Shown one piece after another: positions 30,069 through 39,118 of a stretch of DNA of 64,000 nt (positions are counted from its first letter, which is position 1; every line of letters starts with the position of its first letter). The DNA lies in the IMG/VR virus record IMGVR_UViG_3300033148_002122, positions 52,753-116,752 of that record. The stretch is one strand, 5' to 3'. Under the pieces are notes generated by a model, which had not been told where the DNA came from, searched no databases, and saw nothing but the letters and a program-made list of their open reading frames with translations. The stretch is from a virus. The translations under genes and the position numbers were made by a program.

Positions 30069-30895
30069 CAGAAAGTATCGTCATCATGGGTATCCTCTAG
30101 GGCATCCATCATTAACTGCTGGTCCTTAAGTGTATAGCACACCTTTTTAAGATCACAGTATCCACATTCCCAATTATCATAGGGAAGTACTGGAGGAAGC
30201 ATTTCTTTCCAGTCATCGTCTTCTGCCTCAAGAGCGGGTTTAACGGCTTTGATATATCTTTCAATTTCTTGTTCAACCTCTGCCATATCCATTAGCTTGG
30301 CCTTGCCAATCTTCCAGCCGTCCATACTCAGGTAGAATATCTTTATGTTCTGGATGTCAATAACAGTGTCTCCAACTTTCTTACCCTTGGTAAGCCAGCG
30401 ATAGATATTACCCTGAACCTTGTGCTTAATGTATGCGTACTGGAATGCCGGGAGCTTTCCAACAGACTTGTAGTCGTATAGTGTCTGAGTATTTAGGTCT
30501 ATGAAATCAAATCTTCCTGTAATTTTTACTCCAGCAAATTCTTTTTCAAATCTGATCTCAGCCGTTTCGTTCTTTGTGCTGTCTACATACTTCTCAAACA
30601 TATCGTGGAACATAGTTCCTCTAATGGCAGGAATGGTACTGATTGGGTCGGCTCCCCATTCATACTTTTGTTCAAGCACTGTTTTTCTAGGGCAACTACC
30701 AACCTTGGAGGCTGAGTATGGACTACGTTCTTTGCTATCCCGCCATGTCTGGTGGATTAATCTTATCAATGGTGCAGTAAGTTGACACGGATTTTCTCCA
30801 GTCTCTACGCACTCAAGACATTTCTCCATTGTCATAACCTCAAAAGAACCCTTTCCTCTAGGTCTGCTACTACAATGTATTTTAGTTACTGGCAT
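30068..30895 (-). CDS. Cas4-like PD-(D/E)XK exonuclease
   Basis: SASKVGSCPRK, GTMFH, GRFD...DYKS, QGNIY, C-terminal CGYCDLKKVC. Confidence 0.8.
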   Translation of the reverse strand: MPVTKIHCSSRPRGKGSFEVMTMEKCLECVETGENPCQLTAPLIRLIHQTWRDSKERSPYSASKVGSCPRKTVLEQKYEWGADPISTIPAIRGTMFHDMFEKYVDSTKNETAEIRFEKEFAGVKITGRFDFIDLNTQTLYDYKSVGKLPAFQYAYIKHKVQGNIYRWLTKGKKVGDTVIDIQNIKIFYLSMDGWKIGKAKLMDMAEVEQEIERYIKAVKPALEAEDDDWKEMLPPVLPYDNWECGYCDLKKVCYTLKDQQLMMDALEDTHDDDTF

Positions 30896-31523
30896 TATTC
30901 AACCTCATTATTTGATTAAGTCTTTCCATTATTTTTATTGTCATGAGTACATCAACGTCTGATGCGTGGGCACCCTCTTCCCAAACATCTAGGTGCATAG
31001 CCATAGTTTCTAGCTTAAAGTTTGGAGGCTCGGTTATAAAGCCAAGAACGTGCGCCCACTGAGCAAGCTGTAATACATCAAGGTAACGATAACTGAATCC
31101 GTGTGTCCAGCGTCCAACGTGTTTGTTTCTCTCAAACAAGAAGTGCAAGAATCTTTTGTCAAATACTACGTTGTAGCCACACAGAAGTCGGTAGCCGTCA
31201 CCAGTAGTGCTGCGTATCCAGTTAACTAAATTCTGTAGTGCTTGGTCCTCTGGTATACCCCGCCATGACTTATCTAGAGTGATACCTGTAATTTCTAATG
31301 CTTCTTTTTCAATCCTTGCCCACGGTTGCCTAGCTATTTTCGTTTCAAAGTTGTTGGGTTCAATCTCAAACGTATACGCAGGCTTGCCTCCATCCTCATT
31401 CTCAGATACACGTTTTCTGTTGACTACAGAGGCACTGATAGTTAGTATTTGATTCTTGGATGGACTTGTTTTTCCACTTGTTTCTACATCTAGGACAACC
31501 ATTGTGTTCCAGTTTTCAGCCAT
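30882..31523 (-). CDS. DEDDh 3'-5' exonuclease (DnaQ-like)
   Basis: LDVETSG, GYNVVFD, AHASDVDV. Confidence 0.88.
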   Translation of the reverse strand: MAENWNTMVVLDVETSGKTSPSKNQILTISASVVNRKRVSENEDGGKPAYTFEIEPNNFETKIARQPWARIEKEALEITGITLDKSWRGIPEDQALQNLVNWIRSTTGDGYRLLCGYNVVFDKRFLHFLFERNKHVGRWTHGFSYRYLDVLQLAQWAHVLGFITEPPNFKLETMAMHLDVWEEGAHASDVDVLMTIKIMERLNQIMRLNNASN

Positions 31524-31537
31524 TATATTAACCTCTT

Positions 31538-31765
31538 TTATTTTTTCTCAAACCATATATAGGGTAGGTAGTCCCTAAGTGTCTTGATTGTACTGGGCTT
31601 CAGCTTGGCCGCGATGAAGTGCATTTGCATTTCTCTAGCGTAGTGGGTATCATACGCAGCAAGCTCGGAGGCAAATCCAGTAAAGAAAGCAGCCTGTTCT
31701 TCGTCTGACAACACAGCAAGTTTGGCACCCAGAAGATCCCATTTAATGCTGATTACTTCCATCAC
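31538..31765 (-). CDS. Hypothetical protein
   Basis: Strong AGGAGG RBS upstream. Confidence 0.6.
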   Translation of the reverse strand: MMEVISIKWDLLGAKLAVLSDEEQAAFFTGFASELAAYDTHYAREMQMHFIAAKLKPSTIKTLRDYLPYIWFEKK

Positions 31766-31805
31766 TAACCTCCTATAGTATACACAATGATTGCGTCTAC
31801 AACCG

Positions 31806-31994
31806 TTATAGACTGATTCGTGTGTTCCAGGCTTTTGGATATTCTTTTCCAGATACCCCTGTTTTTTCTAGCCAAACAATAAGCCCTTGTGCTGGGCACT
31901 GACCGTCTCCGTATGGATGTTCCATAAAGTTGAACCCTAGAGATTTTTCAAGTTCTAACCCACAGAATGGACACGGCTTTAGCTTCTCGTTCAT
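31806..31994 (-). CDS. Lar/restriction-alleviation-like zinc-finger protein
   Basis: MNEKLKPCPFCG...AWNTR; the ATG overlaps the upstream TGA, so the start was moved from 32069. Confidence 0.6.
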   Translation of the reverse strand: MNEKLKPCPFCGLELEKSLGFNFMEHPYGDGQCPAQGLIVWLEKTGVSGKEYPKAWNTRISL

Positions 31995-32506
31995 GGGGCA
32001 TCCTTTAAAAAGGCACGGGTGCGGCAGTGCCAGCACACCCTCGACGGACAGTCGGCAGGGTCGGTACATTCGCAGTACTCATCAACGGCCTCCTCCTCCA
32101 ACAACTCCATCGCCCTGTCCAGCTTGGCGCTGAAGTAGCTGGCCTTCTCGCGGAGAGTTTCGGTGATGTTGTGCGTCTCGGACATAAGGCTGTCGTACCT
32201 GTTGTGCCAGAGGTGTGCCGTCTCTTGTGCGGTGTCCAGCTTGGACTGGAGGGTGATGATCTCTCGCCGGAGCGGCTTGGTTGCTTTTATTCGCTGTAGC
32301 CTCTCCACCTCTGCCTGGAGGGTGTCACGCTCCTTGGCATACTCATCGTTGTAGTCATCTATCATCCCGTAGAGGCTACCCACTTCAGCCTGGAGGGCTT
32401 CGAGCATGGCGGCGGCGGCGTAGCCGGAAGCAAAATGTCCCTTATCATCGGAAGTTCTGCATTTTGTCGCCATCTCCTGCACCTCATCAGGTGGGTAGTG
32501 CTTCAT
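31991..32506 (-). CDS. Coiled-coil modular protein, paralog of 33800..34252
   Basis: MKHYPPDEVQ...AAAMLEALQAEV...LREKASYFSAKLDRAME; GAGGAG RBS before this start. Confidence 0.6.
   Translation of the reverse strand: MKHYPPDEVQEMATKCRTSDDKGHFASGYAAAAMLEALQAEVGSLYGMIDDYNDEYAKERDTLQAEVERLQRIKATKPLRREIITLQSKLDTAQETAHLWHNRYDSLMSETHNITETLREKASYFSAKLDRAMELLEEEAVDEYCECTDPADCPSRVCWHCRTRAFLKDAP
32112..32156. repeat. 45-nt exact repeat; second copy at 33939..33983
   Basis: gccctgtccagcttggcgctgaagtagctggccttctcgcggaga occurs at both positions. Confidence 0.9.
32380..32416. repeat. 37-nt exact repeat; second copy at 34105..34141
   Basis: ccacttcagcctggagggcttcgagcatggcggcggc occurs at both positions. 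Confidence 0.9.
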
Positions 32507-32688
32507 GGCTTCTCCTCCTCTGCCCTGTCTTTTCTGGCAAGCATCCCGCGCACTCGCCGCCATGTTATTGTGAAGTGCCTACTATCTCCATGAGGACCGG
32601 CGTAGATTTCTATGCCTTTTGTGTCTTCGTAATACCAACAGTCATGGCATGGATCATATGGGCTCCGCTTCAGGTGCTTATTGCTCAT
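32503..32688 (-). CDS. Hypothetical protein
   Basis: GGAG RBS; coupled to the next gene. Confidence 0.45.
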   Translation of the reverse strand: MSNKHLKRSPYDPCHDCWYYEDTKGIEIYAGPHGDSRHFTITWRRVRGMLARKDRAEEEKP

Positions 32689-32716
32689 GCTCTCTCCGCT
32701 GGTAACTCATATCCCA

Positions 32717-33256
32717 TCACTTCTCCTCGGGGTTAGGGTGTAGGGTGGCACGGGCGTGAGCCTTGAGAGCAGGGATTCCTGTCGGCCTTCCGCACTTACA
32801 TCTGTTCGTATCCCCGCAAGCGCCAGCAATCCAGTCCAGTGCCTCCATGGCTCGGTCTAGCTTCCCGTCCGACTTGCCACGCCGAGCGCCCTCTGCCACA
32901 AGCTCCTTGGCCGCCATGTCACGCTCGGCCTTGGCGTCAGCTACAGAGTTGCGTTCTTCCTGCACCTCCATGGTCAAGTCGTTGCAGTTCTCCACCGCCT
33001 CTCTCGCTAGGGCAATGGCTTCGTGGATAGCAACGATGAGTTCGCGGTCTGGAGTCGTGGCGTCGATGTTGGGCTGGCCGTCCGCGTCATTCCCCGGCAT
33101 CAGCACATGCCGCCCCTGGCCCTGCTCACCCTTCGGGGCCAGCCTCCACCAGCTACAGCCATTTAGCCACTCCCACGGCCCCGGTGTCGCCGCATCTCTC
33201 AGTGCCTCCAGCTTCTCCAGGCGTTCGGTGAGGTTAGGCATCATCGGCCTCCTCAA
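32717..33256 (-). CDS. Ead/Ea22-like protein
   Basis: 'LEALRDAATPGPWEW' motif; shares KLDRAME with the neighbouring paralogs. The true start may be about 33244. Confidence 0.6.
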   Translation of the reverse strand: MRRPMMPNLTERLEKLEALRDAATPGPWEWLNGCSWWRLAPKGEQGQGRHVLMPGNDADGQPNIDATTPDRELIVAIHEAIALAREAVENCNDLTMEVQEERNSVADAKAERDMAAKELVAEGARRGKSDGKLDRAMEALDWIAGACGDTNRCKCGRPTGIPALKAHARATLHPNPEEK

Positions 33257-33401
33257 TTTCCCTGACCATCTGCGCCATGAGCTTTTTCTGCGCTAGCGTC
33301 AGTCGCTCGTAGAACCTGACGGCTCCCAAGGCTTGATAGGCGTACTCGGCATGGTAGAAGTACATGGCGGCGACTTCTACTTTGCTCGGGGCTTCACGCA
33401 T
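33234..33401 (-). CDS. Hypothetical protein (MREAPSKVEV...)
   Basis: GAGGAG RBS; shorter start within the listed 136-aa ORF. Confidence 0.45.
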   Translation of the reverse strand: MREAPSKVEVAAMYFYHAEYAYQALGAVRFYERLTLAQKKLMAQMVREIEEADDA

Positions 33402-33813
33402 CTCTCTCCTCCTCTGTGGGCTGGCAGGCAGGGCAGGGAACTTGTCTCTTGATATCTCCAAGGCGAGGCGGTTCGCCAGGTAAATGGATGACATGGTACT
33501 CGGGGACGACCTTGCTTCCCCCGCACTCGCTGCATGGCTGGCAGGCGGGGCAGGCAGCCATGAGCCCAGTGAATGGTTCGCGGTGCTGCTTAGCACCGTT
33601 GCACAGGCTACACGGCTCCCCGTCTTTGGTGTCGATCTTCTCAAGGATCGCTTGCTTGAGGTACACGCAAAGGTCCAAGGCTTCCTCGTAGGCGTCCTGA
33701 AGGGCGTCTCTGCCGTTGTGCGTGGTCAAGGGCTCCCCGTACTCGGTGGCACCTTTGGCAATACGAGCAGCGAGGTCAGCTTGCACTAACGGCAGCACTT
33801 CAATCCTTTCCAT
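33394..33813 (-). CDS. MazG-like/all-alpha NTP pyrophosphohydrolase-like domain plus CxxCxG zinc finger
   Basis: 'RIAKGATEYGEPL...DALQDAYEEALDLCVYL'; CSLCNG, CPAC, CSECGG. Confidence 0.5.
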   Translation of the reverse strand: MERIEVLPLVQADLAARIAKGATEYGEPLTTHNGRDALQDAYEEALDLCVYLKQAILEKIDTKDGEPCSLCNGAKQHREPFTGLMAACPACQPCSECGGSKVVPEYHVIHLPGEPPRLGDIKRQVPCPACQPTEEERDA

Positions 33814-34252
33814 TTCTACCCTCCTTGGCGTCAGGCGCTTCGCTGTCGAGGCGGGAGAGGGCAGCGTTCAGATTAAACCAGAACAAACTATTCCCTGGTG
33901 CTGAACTCAGCGTTATCGCCGCCTCCACCACCTCCATAGCCCTGTCCAGCTTGGCGCTGAAGTAGCTGGCCTTCTCGCGGAGAATCTGTTCCTGTTCGCA
34001 GTGTGTGGCGTTTTCTTCGCCCAGCTTGGCCTGGAGGGTGTCAGCATGGCGCGTGATGGCGTCGCATTCATCTCGGCGCTCCCTGAACTTCCCGCTCAGC
34101 CTCTCCACTTCAGCCTGGAGGGCTTCGAGCATGGCGGCGGCAGCGACCAGTCCCTCGCAAGTAGCCTCGTCGAACATGGGCTGTAATTCTATCGCCAGTG
34201 CGCGGAGTGCCCTTGTGGTTACCTGCACCTCATCAGGCGGGTAGCTAGGCAT
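33800..34252 (-). CDS. Coiled-coil modular protein, paralog of 31991..32506
   Basis: MPSYPPDEVQ...AAAMLEALQAEVERL...LREKASYFSAKLDRAME. Confidence 0.6.
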   Translation of the reverse strand: MPSYPPDEVQVTTRALRALAIELQPMFDEATCEGLVAAAAMLEALQAEVERLSGKFRERRDECDAITRHADTLQAKLGEENATHCEQEQILREKASYFSAKLDRAMEVVEAAITLSSAPGNSLFWFNLNAALSRLDSEAPDAKEGRNGKD

Positions 34253-34719
34253 TATGCCTCTCCTTTTTTATTTGTTGGTTTAAACACTAGGGCTTCCCTG
34301 GCAATAACTGTTGCGGTTGAGACTGGGGATTTTCCTAGTCCAACAATAATTTCGTAGTGCTTAATGATGGCCTCCAGTGCTTCACGATAGTGCAGAGTCT
34401 CTATAGAAAAATCAATCTCACGCAGATTTGCTGCGTGTAGTAAACTCCGCAACTGACTAATTTCTTTCTGGTTCGCTTCTGCTACGTCTTTCCAGTACCA
34501 ATGTGTTAAACCCTTGCCACCAACGGCAAGTACACGCAGCTTTCTAACTTCTTTCGCAAGTACGTGCAGGGCATCTGCCATGCTGGAAGCATATTCATAT
34601 AAATTACTATGGCCTTTGCGTGAGGATTCGGCGTGATCTTGGGCACGACTTGCTACTGTAAGAGCTTCGTTCACTTCCATTGGTTGATTAGTCATCGGGA
34701 TCTTCTTTCTTTTTCCCAC
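34252..34719 (-). CDS. Hypothetical protein
   Basis: ORF in the operon orientation; the start may be the internal MTNQPM. Confidence 0.5.
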   Translation of the reverse strand: MGKRKKIPMTNQPMEVNEALTVASRAQDHAESSRKGHSNLYEYASSMADALHVLAKEVRKLRVLAVGGKGLTHWYWKDVAEANQKEISQLRSLLHAANLREIDFSIETLHYREALEAIIKHYEIIVGLGKSPVSTATVIAREALVFKPTNKKGEA

Positions 34720-34999
34720 GATTCATCTTGGTAGCGTTTTGTTTTCTTGCGTATAGTATACGCTGGGATTCATTTTTATTGGCTTTCCCACTGTCTGATC
34801 CAAGTCTAAAGGGATATAGTGTACACGTTTTTGACGGACAATCCTTAACGTCTTTGGTTGATCCACCCGCACATTCGAAACAGAATGCATGAATAGCAAG
34901 TTTACGTGTGTGACCACGGTTTTTGTACCACGTAAGTCTTCTCTCAAATTTTTCTAATTCTTCATCTGCTTTTTTATCTTTTCGTTTTTTAACAGGCAT
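34688..34999 (-). CDS. Basic Cys4 zinc-binding hypothetical phage protein
   Basis: 'AIHAFCFECAGG...VKDCPSKTCTLYPFRLG'. Confidence 0.6.
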   Translation of the reverse strand: MPVKKRKDKKADEELEKFERRLTWYKNRGHTRKLAIHAFCFECAGGSTKDVKDCPSKTCTLYPFRLGSDSGKANKNESQRILYARKQNATKMNRGKKKEDPDD

Positions 35000-35007
35000 A
35001 TTTCCCC

Positions 35008-35044
35008 TAAAAGCAACCGCCCCCCAGAGGGGGGACGGTCTTTT
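35008..35044 (-). terminator. Intrinsic terminator hairpin, possibly bidirectional
   Basis: C6/G6 stem flanked by accg/cggt, with T-runs on both strands, just after the stop of 35048..35410. Confidence 0.7.
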
Positions 35045-35047
35045 GGT

Positions 35048-35410
35048 TTACCAGCGAGGCCAGCGAACTCCGTTGTAGGCATGACTAACCTGAATAAAGT
35101 TACGCTTCTGTGGACGTTCCGTAACCTTAAATACTACCTCAGTACCACGCATTCCACTCATATTAGCAGCCACGTAGTTACTCTCACGAAGTCTACGTGC
35201 GGCTCGTTCATACGTTTTACCCAATCGGGTAATACCCTTCTTGTTCCAGTACTCTGCACACTTTGTGCGTACCTGACTGTTAGTGTATGACTTCTTATTA
35301 GTAGCTCTAAGCCACTCGTTAACAAGAGTCTCGCTGTTGGTTTTGTTTGTGAAAGTCTTTCGTCTAGCCATAGTTTCTCCTAATCCTAGTTTATAAACTG
35401 TAATCCCCAT
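35048..35410 (-). CDS. Basic hypothetical protein, possibly DNA-binding (likely start MARRKTF)
   Basis: AGGAG RBS before the internal ATG. Confidence 0.55.
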   Translation of the reverse strand: MGITVYKLGLGETMARRKTFTNKTNSETLVNEWLRATNKKSYTNSQVRTKCAEYWNKKGITRLGKTYERAARRLRESNYVAANMSGMRGTEVVFKVTERPQKRNFIQVSHAYNGVRWPRW

Positions 35411-35439
35411 CCTGTTATACCGGTGGCACTGGGGTGATG

Positions 35440-36051
35440 CTACCAGAATTCTCTACCGACTCCAATCGTATAGCCTCTGTGATCTGCTGCTAAGTATACC
35501 ATGTTCCTCCAGATATGTCCAGTAAAAACTGCACCGTAGTGGAAGTTTTCTTCATCCCATGTTCGTCCTAGGCCAATACCTAGCGAGAACCTAACGATCT
35601 TGGGGTCAGCAAATCTAAGTTCTCCACCAAAGACTTGGCTACAACGTACCTCAAGCGGCACGGGCTTCCAGCTAAAGTCAAAGTACTGGGGTCCAGTGTA
35701 GTACGCGAGATTCAACTCACCGTCTTCAAGTAGTGTATCAAGTCTTGCAACGTTTGTCAACAACAAAGTTTCAACCACAGTGTGTGTGAAGCTATCTACG
35801 TAGGTGTGTACAACACTCACGGTTTCAATCCTAGCTGGTAGCCATCTCTCTACAGTGTGTTCAACCTGAAGTGTATCGACTATAGTAACTACACTATCTG
35901 CATAGATATAAACTACCTCAAGTTCTTTACCCGACTCTATTCCAGACAGAAATGCCAAAGCTAGGCCAATCACAAAGAATATTGTCCATGCGCCTTTGGT
36001 TTTATTTAACTTATTTTGCAAGAAGTTCAGCATGGGCAAACCTTTCCTCAC
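35440..36051 (-). CDS. Membrane-anchored protein, possibly spanin-like
   Basis: N-terminal TM segment, V/T-rich periplasmic region, C-terminal beta-strands ending in an aromatic residue. Confidence 0.45.
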   Translation of the reverse strand: MRKGLPMLNFLQNKLNKTKGAWTIFFVIGLALAFLSGIESGKELEVVYIYADSVVTIVDTLQVEHTVERWLPARIETVSVVHTYVDSFTHTVVETLLLTNVARLDTLLEDGELNLAYYTGPQYFDFSWKPVPLEVRCSQVFGGELRFADPKIVRFSLGIGLGRTWDEENFHYGAVFTGHIWRNMVYLAADHRGYTIGVGREFW

Positions 36052-36304
36052 ATTTTATTATTCCGTAGGTTGAATACCTAGGAAATTCTTTAAATGGTTG
36101 TGACTCCCATACTTGGTTCATAGTACAAAATATACGCTTAAGGAATATTAGGGCATCTTCTACGCTATGAAATATATCTGTGTTGTACGTTCCGTTATTG
36201 CCTCTAAATTCAGCTACCCATTTATTATCTTTTTCATGTGGTTTTTCCCATATAATGTAGGTATCTCCATCAGGAAATACTTTTATCCATGCCCCAAGTT
36301 TCAC
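36011..36304 (-). CDS. Hypothetical protein
   Basis: Overlapping GTGA coupling with the upstream gene. Confidence 0.45.
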   Translation of the reverse strand: MKLGAWIKVFPDGDTYIIWEKPHEKDNKWVAEFRGNNGTYNTDIFHSVEDALIFLKRIFCTMNQVWESQPFKEFPRYSTYGIIKCEERFAHAELLAK

Positions 36305-37254
36305 AGCTTCTCCATTACTTCATCTAGTTCTACTGGATTAACTCCAAATTTAGTTACTGAGATCTCAGCTATTTTTTGTACAAGACCAAGTTTACTCTCT
36401 CTGTCTTCCTGTGGTTCATACGGAGTAAGTAACAGGGCAGCAGCGGCAGTCACTGTGTCACCAGCACCACACGCATCCTGTACGTGAACCTTATCGGCTG
36501 GTATGGTTGCTAGATAGTTGAAGTGCTTGTCAATATACCACATACCTTTATCACCTAGTGTAACAAGTGTATTACACGTAGCTTCTTTATACATCTGTAT
36601 GTATGCTTCCCACTCATAAGTATTAGGTGTGTACACTACTTCAAGATTGTCACTTCCTGCCTCTAGCCTATACCTCTGTTTTGAATCAATTATAAAAAAC
36701 ATCTTTTTTCTTGTGCTATGTTTTGATAGCAATCTATACAACGAGTTAATAAAATCTTGATTTGTCCCAGACTTACCATAGTCTGATAGGATTACCGAAT
36801 CTGGTCTATTCTGATCCAGGTAGTAGTCTATCTTATACATAATATTCATTACTTCAGCCTGAGTCATCTCGCCATACTTGTGTTCTTCATCTAGTCGGCA
36901 AACGTGGTGTCCGTTGCACACTATTCTTGTTTTTACTGGGGGTCTAACGTCATGCACATTTATAGCTACAAAAGGAAAATCAAATATAGACGTTGTATGC
37001 CCAGTCAACGAACACATGACAGGCTTACCACCAAGTGCATGGATTGTCTTTGCTACGTTGGTGGCACCGCCATCGGCTTCCCACTTTTTTATAGTACCTC
37101 CAATTACAGGCACTGGTGCCTCTGGGGATAACTTTGACTCCGTGCCTTCAATGTATTTGTCAATGATGTGATCACCAATTACAAGTATATTCTTATTACT
37201 TGAATCACTGAGATACTTACTGGTTTTCTCGTAGCCTTCCTTACTAAAACTCAA
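36301..37254 (-). CDS. rfaE: PfkB-family D-glycero-beta-D-manno-heptose-7-phosphate kinase (HldE/RfaE domain I)
   Basis: ILVIGDHIIDKY.EG...KLSPEAPVPV, GGATNVA, KTRI, LSDYGK, TPN..E, DACGAGDT. Confidence 0.85.
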   Translation of the reverse strand: MSFSKEGYEKTSKYLSDSSNKNILVIGDHIIDKYIEGTESKLSPEAPVPVIGGTIKKWEADGGATNVAKTIHALGGKPVMCSLTGHTTSIFDFPFVAINVHDVRPPVKTRIVCNGHHVCRLDEEHKYGEMTQAEVMNIMYKIDYYLDQNRPDSVILSDYGKSGTNQDFINSLYRLLSKHSTRKKMFFIIDSKQRYRLEAGSDNLEVVYTPNTYEWEAYIQMYKEATCNTLVTLGDKGMWYIDKHFNYLATIPADKVHVQDACGAGDTVTAAAALLLTPYEPQEDRESKLGLVQKIAEISVTKFGVNPVELDEVMEKL

Positions 37255-38527
37255 AATATTTCTCCCTCTCTCTGAATAGCTTATCCCTGTCCTGCCAAGT
37301 TTCTGTACCCCATTGTTCTTCTATTTTAGCTATTGAGTCCATAACTTCTTGCAATGAAATAGAATCCATCATTCTACAGACTTTTAATTCTGAATCACCA
37401 CAGTGTGACTGTGTTGGCAGAATATTGTTTGGTCCTGACTGAGTATGTTGTAGGCACCCATTAGGGAATGGCTCACACGTTCCTGGGTGTTCTAGCGTTA
37501 TGTTTCTGGGATAGTACTTGGTCCTAATCTTACCTGGGAATGGCCCATACAGACTAACACTAGGAGTGAAGGTAGCGGCTGCAACATGAACTATTGCTGA
37601 ATCAATTGTTACAACAAACTTTGCCTTAGCTACTAGAGCAGATGCGTACAAGAATCTCATCTGTTTCTGTCTAGCCTCTGACCACATTTCAGTCACAGAC
37701 CTAACTTTTGGGTGAACCTTACGTCCAACCTTGTCTTCAAAGTTGATAATCGCTGACTCAATCTCTGGGTGGTAGAATCCGTTGCCAAGGAATAACGTAT
37801 AGATGTCATACTTTTCTGAGATGGCATCAGCTAGCTCAATCATTCTAATGTAATCCCAATCCCTAACAATAGACGATGATTTAAATTGAATACAGGCGTA
37901 CTCCATAGGCTTTAAACCTATATTCATTCCTTTATTAACAACGTTTCTTGCTGTTTTAAAATATTCCATAGCCCCTGGATAATACGGAAGTCGTTCCAGT
38001 CCTACCAAGTCAATGCCTGCCAGTTGAGAAAATCTGTCAACAGCAGGAAGCTGATCTGGATCTGTATCGGCCTCAATTGTTCCCTCAAACTTAAGGTGAT
38101 AATCATGTGACATGATCGTATTCATACTAAGGGGTAAAACCATTGGGCTAGTTAGCCTACCAATATCTTCGTTGTCTTTCCATATGTCATGAAATCTTTC
38201 TGACGTAGCAACATTTATTGTAGCCTGTGGGTACTTCTGCTTAAGTTTATGTACTAGGCTACTAACAAATAGTAAGTCACCAAATCCACCAGTTCTCCAG
38301 ACTATTAGTTTCTTTCCATTTAAGTCCTCACCCTTGTAGGGCTTATAATAGTCATCAAATTTATCAAACCTTGTTATAGCAGCACGGTTAGAATCACTAA
38401 TCATTTTAGCCAAAGCGTCTGCGATTACATACGGGACACCCCGGCGCATACGGATTTCACCGTAGTGTGCGTCACGATTTAGCTCTAAAATTATCATTAA
38501 AAAACTCCTTAATCCGTTCCCAAACAC
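37244..38527 (-). CDS. Glycosyltransferase family 9 (heptosyltransferase-like)
   Basis: RTGGFGDLL, VTIDSAIVHVAAA...SLYGP, C-terminal Cys cluster. Confidence 0.82.
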   Translation of the reverse strand: MFGNGLRSFLMIILELNRDAHYGEIRMRRGVPYVIADALAKMISDSNRAAITRFDKFDDYYKPYKGEDLNGKKLIVWRTGGFGDLLFVSSLVHKLKQKYPQATINVATSERFHDIWKDNEDIGRLTSPMVLPLSMNTIMSHDYHLKFEGTIEADTDPDQLPAVDRFSQLAGIDLVGLERLPYYPGAMEYFKTARNVVNKGMNIGLKPMEYACIQFKSSSIVRDWDYIRMIELADAISEKYDIYTLFLGNGFYHPEIESAIINFEDKVGRKVHPKVRSVTEMWSEARQKQMRFLYASALVAKAKFVVTIDSAIVHVAAATFTPSVSLYGPFPGKIRTKYYPRNITLEHPGTCEPFPNGCLQHTQSGPNNILPTQSHCGDSELKVCRMMDSISLQEVMDSIAKIEEQWGTETWQDRDKLFREREKYFEF

Positions 38528-38614
38528 AATAACCTAGTGTTCCCATACCAGCTACAACACTAGCATCTGCACACAAGTCTGAATTTAAAATATAGTATAG
38601 TATGTCATGCATAT

Positions 38615-39118
38615 CTACTCCAGATGGTCTTTAAATATTATAGATACTTCTTTTTCTTGTACTCCGTGTATAAGCGCAGCCTGTCTGTCATTCATTCTCA
38701 AGTCGATATGAAGTTCTGCCGATCTACGCATAGATATTCCTGTGTCATCCGCTTCATACGGAGAGCCATCAATAATAACTATGGATCCATACGGTATTCT
38801 GTTAGGGTCTACCGCTACTCCAGGTAGTGTAGCATCCTTGCCCGTTGCTGTCAAGCCATCATCAAAGGGATAGCAGCTAATACTGTCAGGTGTGTACGCA
38901 GTGATCAGGGCGTTTACCTTGGCTACAGGGTTAATAATTAGGGTATCAATACCACACGCCTTTAGTGAATCAACAGCATTTTCTAACACATTTAATTCTG
39001 TTTCTATGTTATTAAACTGTGTTCTATATTTATTGTCTGTCATAGTTTTTCCCATACCAATTCCAGCCAAGAACCAAGCACACGAAATTAAAACAATTTT
39101 TGTCATAGACATTACCAC
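38615..39118 (-). CDS. 3D-domain (MltA-like) peptidoglycan hydrolase with an N-terminal membrane anchor
   Basis: ITAYTP...GLTATG...VAVDP..IPYGS...ADDTG...IDL. Confidence 0.85.
   Translation of the reverse strand: MVMSMTKIVLISCAWFLAGIGMGKTMTDNKYRTQFNNIETELNVLENAVDSLKACGIDTLIINPVAKVNALITAYTPDSISCYPFDDGLTATGKDATLPGVAVDPNRIPYGSIVIIDGSPYEADDTGISMRRSAELHIDLRMNDRQAALIHGVQEKEVSIIFKDHLE

Larger units (their letters stand above)
31991..34252 (-). mobile_element. GC-rich mosaic island of small temperate-phage-type genes
   Basis: Visibly much higher GC than the flanks; internal exact repeats; Ead/Ea22-type ORFs. No integrase or clear att site seen. Confidence 0.55.

Noticed and set aside
30068-30895. 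Cas4-like gene as part of a CRISPR system
   Set aside because: No repeat-spacer array or other cas genes in the window; solo Cas4-like nucleases are common phage recombination genes.
32027-34244. Several + strand ORFs over the GC-rich island
   Set aside because: Expected from stop-codon scarcity at high GC; the - strand genes have RBSs, translational coupling and phage motifs.
31991-34252. Repeat pairs as the template and variable regions of a diversity-generating retroelement
   Set aside because: The repeats are short and exact, show no adenine-specific mismatches, and no reverse transcriptase is present in the window.
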